From assembly GCA_964443135.1 (NCBI GenBank), contig CAYUBQ010000001.1:96719-160718 (forward strand): a DNA stretch of 64,000 nucleotides, read 5' to 3'. Below are positions 10,594 through 15,722 of the stretch, in pieces. The notes beneath the pieces were generated by a model. It saw only the letters and a program-made list of their open reading frames with translations, made no database searches and had not been told where the DNA came from. The position numbers and the translations under genes were made by a program. Each line of letters starts with the position of its first letter. The stretch's first letter is position 1. Source of the stretch: an uncultured Desulfobacterales bacterium. Lineage in GTDB: Bacteria > Desulfobacterota > DSM-4660 > Desulfatiglandales > HGW-15.

Positions 10594-11603
10594 TGTCGAA
10601 GTTTTCCCTGGATGTTCTGAAGCGATCCGTCTTTCCCTTTACCACCAGCGACGACGCCGACGTGATCCTGGGCTCCGTCTTCGGCGAGGATGTCGCCTTG
10701 ACCCGGGTGGGCGGCGACATCCTGGTCTCGCACATGGATCCCATTGTGGGCGCCATCGACAACATCGGCTGGCTCGCGGTCCACGTCGCCTGCAACGACA
10801 TCGCCACCAGCGGGGTCCCGCCCCGCTGGGTCCTGCTCCTCGTGCTGGTGCCGCGTCGGGAGGACGAGGAGCTCCTGAGGAGCATCATGCAGGATGTAGC
10901 CCGAGCCGCCCGTGAGATCGGGGTCTCCGTCATCGGGGGGCACACGGGCTACTCCGCGAACCTCTCCAGGCCCCTGGTCGCCGTGACCGCGCTGGGCACG
11001 ACCGGCGGGCGCAAACCCCTTCAGACCCGCGGCGCGGGTGTGGGCGACCGGGTCCTGGTGACCAAGGGGGTCGCCGTCGAGGGGACGGGAATCCTGGCCC
11101 AGGACTTCGCCGACGTGGCAAAGGATCTCGGGCTGGGGGAGGACGACCTCGCCGAGGCCCGCCGCCTGATGGAACAGGTCAGCGTTGTGAAAGAGGCCGT
11201 GGCCATCGCAGCCCGGGGCGCAACCGCCATGCACGATGTCACGCGGGGCGGCCTGCTGGAGACCCTGCTCGAGATGGCGTCGCTCTCAGAGGTGGCCTTG
11301 GAGGTGGATGCCGGGCTGCTCCCGATCCCGGCTGTGGTCACCCGGTTCGCCGAGGCGTTCCGGTTCGATCCCCTGTGGATGATCTCCTCGGGGACCCTGG
11401 CCGTGACGGTACCGGAAGACCGGACGGACGATGTGGGCCGTGTCTTGACGGAGATGGGCATCCCCTTCGCCTTCGTCGGCCGGGTCGTGGAGGGGGTCGG
11501 GGTGTCCGTCCGGCGCGACGGTGAGACCGTGCAGTATCGGGATATCCGCTGTGAGGAAGACGAGCTGGCCCGGATGTGGCGCCTCTATTCCCGGGAGGGA
11601 TAG
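10593..11603 (+). CDS. AIR-synthase-related (PurM/HypE/SelD/ThiL superfamily) protein
   Basis: GEDVALTRVGGDILVSHMDPIVGAIDNIGWLAVHVACNDIATSGVPPRW is the PurM-like N-domain pattern, and GGHTG follows in the linker. Start ATG overlaps the upstream stop (TGATG). GTG at 10590 is an alternative start. Confidence 0.8.
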   Translation: MSKFSLDVLKRSVFPFTTSDDADVILGSVFGEDVALTRVGGDILVSHMDPIVGAIDNIGWLAVHVACNDIATSGVPPRWVLLLVLVPRREDEELLRSIMQDVARAAREIGVSVIGGHTGYSANLSRPLVAVTALGTTGGRKPLQTRGAGVGDRVLVTKGVAVEGTGILAQDFADVAKDLGLGEDDLAEARRLMEQVSVVKEAVAIAARGATAMHDVTRGGLLETLLEMASLSEVALEVDAGLLPIPAVVTRFAEAFRFDPLWMISSGTLAVTVPEDRTDDVGRVLTEMGIPFAFVGRVVEGVGVSVRRDGETVQYRDIRCEEDELARMWRLYSREG

Positions 11604-11619
11604 CCCGGGGTACAGCCGT

Positions 11620-12258
11620 TCAAGGACGTTTCGCCCGGACCACGACAAAGGCCCCCCGACCGGTGCCGGCCCGCAGAGGTTCCATCTCGTCCATCTCCTC
11701 CGGCGCCTTGGACAGGGTCTGCACCCACACCGGTTCAATGAAGCCGGTATCCAGCAGCAGCCGCTCCACCTCGGCCGCCGAGAAGAGGGTCGCCTCCCGA
11801 TAGAACAAGCTCTCCGCCTGATGAGCACGGTAGCGCCGGCCCAGGTCGCTGGTACGGTCGATCAGGCCGATCACCAGCACACCGCCGGGCTTCAGCACGC
11901 GCCGGGTCTCCCTCAGCATGACGCCGGCATCGTCCACGAAGCAGAGGGTGGTCACGCACAACGCCCGGTCGAACCGGCTGTCCGCAAAGGGGAGCGCCTC
12001 CGCAATCGCCTGCACGACAGCGATGCCTCGTTTCGATGCGTATGGCAGCACGGCACGGGCCGGGTCGATGCCCACCTCCACGCCCAGCGGCCCGGCGAAA
12101 CGCCCCGTCCCGACTCCGATGGAGAGCCCCGCCCCGCGCCAGGGCAGCAGCGCGCGAACCGCCAGAAGCTCCGAGTGATAGACCGCCGCGTGGCGCACGA
12201 ACCAGTCGTCATAGCGGCGGTGATGGGACTCGAACGGTTCGGTTCTCGGCATGACCAA
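11620..12258 (-). CDS. Class I SAM-dependent methyltransferase
   Basis: GLSIGVGTGRFAGPLG (motif I), ...LPFADSRFDRALCVTTLCFVDD and VLKPGGVLVI (Methyltransf_11-like). Confidence 0.85.
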   Translation of the reverse strand: MVMPRTEPFESHHRRYDDWFVRHAAVYHSELLAVRALLPWRGAGLSIGVGTGRFAGPLGVEVGIDPARAVLPYASKRGIAVVQAIAEALPFADSRFDRALCVTTLCFVDDAGVMLRETRRVLKPGGVLVIGLIDRTSDLGRRYRAHQAESLFYREATLFSAAEVERLLLDTGFIEPVWVQTLSKAPEEMDEMEPLRAGTGRGAFVVVRAKRP

Positions 12259-12297
12259 AGTACTCCCTGCCTAGGTCCTGGTTCTCTTCAGCCCCGC

Positions 12298-12465
12298 TCA
12301 TACAGAGGTTCCTGGATTGTTGTGGAGGTCGAGATAGAGCTTACGGGCCCATCTCTTCACGCTCGTCACGCGGCTCACCGGCACTCCATACATTCGGGCC
12401 GGGAAGGGCCTCTGCATCTTGCGGGAGCCGAACGCGGTGAGGACATCCTCAATGAACCATCTCAT
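12298..12465 (-). pseudogene. Short helix-turn-helix ORF, possibly the remnant of a transposase N-terminus
   Basis: My own translation gives 55 codons (below the track cutoff): MRWFIEDVLTAFGSRKMQRPFPARMYGVPVSRVTSVKRWARKLYLDLHNNPGTSV*. ..YGVPVSRVTSVKRW.. looks like an IS630-type HTH. Weak. Confidence 0.2.
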
Positions 12466-12600
12466 CGCTTCAGAAGGTACGACGTGCCTGATGTTATTTT
12501 AGATTCCTATATACAGCGCGGAACTGAAGCACAAGCACTTCCTGCATTGGGATGGTTTCCCATCGCAGTTGCCATGCGATGCCGATACCGAGAGTGATGA

Positions 12601-12708
12601 TTGACGCATTCGCAAAAACCCGCTCACGCGCCGCTGGAGACGATATAACCATTGGAAATCCCAGGGGCAGATCTCGAGGATTCAGGCTTTTTGCGACTCC
12701 ATCATGAT
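12601..12708 (+). repeat. Copy A of the ~105-110 nt inverted-repeat element
   Basis: TTGACGCATTCGCAAAAACCCGCTCACGCGCCGCTGG...GGGGCAGATCTCGAGGATTCAGGCTTTTTGCGACTCCATCATGA. The ends are imperfect inverted repeats. Confidence 0.9.
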
Positions 12709-12811
12709 TATGCCGACCTCCGACGAGCTCCGCCAGATTCGGCGGCGGCGGAAGCGAAGCTCATGAAGGGTAGCAGGATGTTGACCATTACGGAGAGCGA
12801 AGTATGGCGAA

Positions 12812-13270
12812 ATGGCCACACTGCCGGTGAGCGAAGACGGGGCGCGGGAGGACGCTCCGGCCAAGAAGCGCTTGGTCGAGCACAGCCTGCAGCTGGACGT
12901 GCACAAGCCTATGCGGCTCGGGATCATCCGAGAGGGCGCACACGACACCGGCGGCATCGAGTGGCGGAACCTGGTAACAGGCACCATCGTCGGAGAGTGC
13001 CGATATCGGGTGGACTGCCGGCGCACGGATGCCCCGGCCATGGGAATCAAGTACCAGCTCCCGCACAGGGACCGGATGATGTCCATGATCCACCTCACAC
13101 CACGCGGCCGAACCATGGCGGGCTGCGATGGTGGTTCCTTTGCCCCGTCAAAGCCCCCTCAGGCCGCCGGTGTGAGGGCCGGGCAGGGAAGCTGTTCCTG
13201 GCCGCCCCCCGGGAGAAGCGTACGACGCATGTCGGAGCCGATAGGGTCCCTTTGGTTACTGAATACGTGA
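12812..13270 (+). pseudogene. Frameshifted remnant of a small zinc-ribbon hypothetical gene (GG.RWWF.CP...C.RR..KL(Y/F)L type)
   Basis: The N-terminal part reads in the 12812 frame (..IHLTPRGRTMAG). The conserved ..NHGGLRWWFLCPVKAPSGRRCEGRAGKLFL.. reads in the 12652 frame. Neither frame gives a complete protein. Family recognition is from memory only. Confidence 0.3.
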
Positions 13271-13419
13271 TTCGCCTTATTGATTCATCCAGGCCGGGTA
13301 GGTAGGGTGAGTACAAGATGTGAATGTGTGTCAGAAGGGTAGCTTCCCTGTATGATGGAACCAGAAAGGGCGGATAAAGAATGAGTCAATTGTGTATCAT
13401 TATTGTTGTCTGTTGATGG

Positions 13420-13527
13420 TTGACGCATTCGCAATAAACCCGCTCACGCGCCGCCGGGGACCATATAACCTGTTGAAACCCCGAGGGCAGATCTCAAGGA
13501 TGCGGGCCTTTTTCGACTCCATCATGG
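13420..13527 (+). repeat. Copy B of the inverted-repeat element
   Basis: TTGACGCATTCGCAATAAACCCGCTCACGCGCCGCCGGGG...GAGGGCAGATCTCAAGGATGCGGGCCTTTTTCGACTCCATCATGG. Confidence 0.9.
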
Positions 13528-13661
13528 TTGAATACAGCGGTGGCCTTGGGGGTTTCGGACGGACTGAATATGGGAGCAAACTCTGAGAGGGTGGAGGTAT
13601 CTGGGAGGCAAGCGCCTCCCATAGACAAACAATGTTTTAATTAAAGAAGGGGGGGTTTGTT

Positions 13662-13841
13662 ATGAATATCTTAAATTTCGTCATTGCCCTTATTGCATTG
13701 ATTATTGCAATCGTGGCATTTAAAAGAACAGGTGCAACTAAAGAGTACAAAAAAAGCACAGCCGAGCTTCTGGCCAAAATAGAAAAAAAGATGCGAGAAG
13801 AAGAAACAGGTAAAATGGACGAGACAAAAACACAGCAATAA
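13662..13841 (+). CDS. Small membrane-anchored protein (59 aa), hypothetical
   Basis: Not in the ORF track (under 60 aa). ATG at 13662 follows AAGAAGGGGGGG. MNILNFVIALIALIIAIVAFKRTGATKEYKKSTAELLAKIEKKMREEETGKMDETKTQQ* has one TM helix and a charged helix. A/T-rich third codon positions, unlike the backbone. Confidence 0.5.
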   Translation: MNILNFVIALIALIIAIVAFKRTGATKEYKKSTAELLAKIEKKMREEETGKMDETKTQQ

Positions 13842-13848
13842 TCGAAAA

Positions 13849-13953
13849 CATGATGGAGTCGTATAAAGCCCTGAACCTTGAGATCTGCCCAAGGAATATC
13901 AACGGGTTATAGTGTTCCCGCGGCGGACGAGCGGGTTTTTGCGAATCCGCCAA
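13849..13953 (-). repeat. Copy C of the inverted-repeat element
   Basis: Plus strand reads CATGATGGAGTCGTATAAAGCCCTGAACCTTGAGATCTGCCCAAGG...GAGCGGGTTTTTGCGAATCCGCCAA, the reverse complement of the consensus. Starts 8 nt after the stop of the 59-aa ORF. Confidence 0.9.
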
Positions 13954-14075
13954 AGCATATGATCGGTCCATTAAACGGAACCAAAATAATAAATATCATA
14001 TTATTGGTATTTTACCATCTATTTATGGACAATGGCTATTCTCGCTGTCTGCTACGAATCTGATGGAGTTTGATC

Positions 14076-14360
14076 ATGTACCTTTCGCTAATTATCACCT
14101 TTTTGCTTCTTCTGGTAACTATCATCGCGGCCATACAAAACAGTACACCTTTGGAGCTCAAGTTTTTCACTTGGAATATTCAGCTATCTATTACAGCCTT
14201 GATTTTTTATTCTTCTCTCATTGGTGGCGCCATTGTGGCGGTTTTGTCCTTGCCAAAACTGGCGAAGAAATCCCTTCACGTGAGGAGTATGAACAGGGAG
14301 ATCCATAAACTGAGGGAAAAGATCCTCGACTTGGAAAAAAGAGATGTTGCTGAATCATGA
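14076..14360 (+). CDS. LapA-domain (DUF1049) small inner-membrane protein
   Basis: ATG at 14076 lies 7 nt after GGAG (the track's 14070 start is TTG). MYLSLIITFLLLLVTIIAAIQNSTPLELKFFTWNIQLSITALIFYSSLIGGAIVAVL...REKILDLEK has two TM helices and a C-terminal coiled coil, typical of LapA/DUF1049. Confidence 0.75.
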   Translation: MYLSLIITFLLLLVTIIAAIQNSTPLELKFFTWNIQLSITALIFYSSLIGGAIVAVLSLPKLAKKSLHVRSMNREIHKLREKILDLEKRDVAES

Positions 14361-14461
14361 TGGAGTCGCAAAAGCCCCTGACCTTGAGATCTGCCATTGG
14401 AATTATCAATAGGTTATAGCTTTTCCAGCGGCGGGTGAGCGGGTTTTGGCGAATCCGTCAA
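14355..14461 (-). repeat. Copy D of the inverted-repeat element
   Basis: TCATGATGGAGTCGCAAAAGCCCCTGACCTTGAGATCTGCCATTGG...GAGCGGGTTTTGGCGAATCCGTCAA. Its first 6 nt include the last sense codon and the TGA stop of the LapA-like gene. Confidence 0.9.
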
Positions 14462-14567
14462 TCATGATGAAGTCGTAAAAAGCCCGCACTCTTGAGATCT
14501 GCCCATGGGATATCAATAAGTCATAGAGCGTCCAGCGGCGTGTGAGCAGGTTTTTGCGAATGCGTTA
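14462..14567 (-). repeat. Copy E of the inverted-repeat element, head-to-tail with copy D
   Basis: TCATGATGAAGTCGTAAAAAGCCCGCACTCTTGAGATCTGCCCATGGG...GAGCAGGTTTTTGCGAATGCGTTA. Begins at the base following copy D. Confidence 0.9.
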
Positions 14568-14621
14568 TCCATGAGACGATACTACATCCCAATCTGTCAG
14601 GCTTTCACTGCGAATTTGCAC

Positions 14622-15722
14622 CTACCTCAGCCACCAGCGGGCTTGGACATCGAGATTCGTGAGTCCGATTTCTTCCGCCTTATTTACGATCTTCTTGTAT
14701 TCCGCTCCATGAATCCTTCTTGAAAGCTCTGGGTAATCAAAGGCCTTATAGGCCGGGTTGTACTGTGCCATAATGTTGACATAGGTGTCCTTCGGCAGGT
14801 TCGCTACAATCCATTCCATGATGCTCTCCGAATCGGCCGTGTTGTTCGGCATGACCAGATGCCGGATCATCAACCCCCGTTGCATGACTCCGTTCTTCGA
14901 AGGACTTGCCACACCCACCTGCCGGTGCATCTCGAGGATGGCTTGCCTTGTTGTCTCCGGGTAGCTTTCCGCTCCGGCGGAGTATTTTTGCGACATGTCG
15001 CCATCCCAGTACTTGAAATCGGGCAGGTAGATGTCCACGACGCCGTCAAGCACCTCGAGGACCTCCAGACGCTCCCAGCCGGAGGTGTTGTACACAACCG
15101 GCAGCCGGAGTCCTTTTCCCGCTGCTGTATCGAGCGCCTCGAGAATGGCCGCAGCGTAATGGGTTGGGGTCACCACGTTGATGTTGTGGCAGCCCGTCCT
15201 CTGCAGCCGGAGCATCATTCCGGCCAGCTCATCCGGGCTTGTTTCCCGGCCCCTGCCGAGGTGGCTGATCTCCCAGTTCTGACAGAAGACGCATCGCAGG
15301 TTGCAGTGGGTCAGGAAGATCGTCCCGGAACCGCCTTTTCCGACCAGCGGTCTCTCCTCCCCAAAGTGTGGATGAGCCGCTGAAACCACCAGGGTCGCCC
15401 CGGGGGCGCGGCAGAACCCCGACTCGCCTTCGAGACGGTTGACGCCGCACACTCTCGGGCACAGGCGGCATTCCCGCATCATGGCCCGGAGCGTTTCTGC
15501 CCGCTTCTGGAGCTCACCCGTCCGGTGAAGCTCCAGGTAGGCCGGTTCGAAACCGGATGCGTTCTCAGCGGGCGTCTCCGCCGCCATGGCGGATCCGCCG
15601 ACAGACGACCCTCTCCCGGCCAGGCCGAGAAAGATCGAAGGCAGCCCGGCTTTCAGCAGCAGCTCGGCCGTGCCCTTGAGAAAACCCCTTCGCGTCAGCC
15701 CCTCTCTCGAAGCACCCATCAT
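14622..15722 (-). CDS. Radical SAM protein (PflX / COG1313-like) with an N-terminal twin-arginine signal
   Basis: CNLRCVFCQN is the CxxxCxxC cluster motif. ..CRLCPRVCGVNRLEGESGFCRA.. is typical of PflX-like proteins. N-terminus is MMGASREGLTRRGFLKGTAELLLKAGLPSIFLGLAG..SAMA. ATG at 15722 overlaps the upstream stop (ATGA). The longer track ORF (to 16118) overlaps the upstream gene and is rejected. Confidence 0.85.
   Translation of the reverse strand: MMGASREGLTRRGFLKGTAELLLKAGLPSIFLGLAGRGSSVGGSAMAAETPAENASGFEPAYLELHRTGELQKRAETLRAMMRECRLCPRVCGVNRLEGESGFCRAPGATLVVSAAHPHFGEERPLVGKGGSGTIFLTHCNLRCVFCQNWEISHLGRGRETSPDELAGMMLRLQRTGCHNINVVTPTHYAAAILEALDTAAGKGLRLPVVYNTSGWERLEVLEVLDGVVDIYLPDFKYWDGDMSQKYSAGAESYPETTRQAILEMHRQVGVASPSKNGVMQRGLMIRHLVMPNNTADSESIMEWIVANLPKDTYVNIMAQYNPAYKAFDYPELSRRIHGAEYKKIVNKAEEIGLTNLDVQARWWLR

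Noticed and set aside
12597-13531. ATGA (copy A) and ATGG (copy B) on both sides of the repeat looked like 4-bp target-site duplications.
   Set aside because: A (C/G)ATG(A/G/T) motif precedes the left end of nearly every copy, and CATCATG(A/G) ends nearly every copy. These bases are probably part of the extended terminal inverted repeat rather than duplicated target. This cannot be resolved without empty sites.
13849-14567. Could repeats C, D and E be a CRISPR array?
   Set aside because: The repeat units are ~105 nt, far longer than CRISPR repeats. The spacing is irregular (506 nt, then 0 nt). The intervals contain protein genes, copies occur in both orientations across the window, and no cas genes are present.
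13420-14567. Could this be a classical integron cassette array with attC sites?
   Set aside because: No intI gene and no attI are present. The repeat ends do not carry the RYYYAAC/GTTRRRY core sites. Copies A and B are in the opposite orientation. The cassette-like layout is kept only as a hypothesis in the findings.
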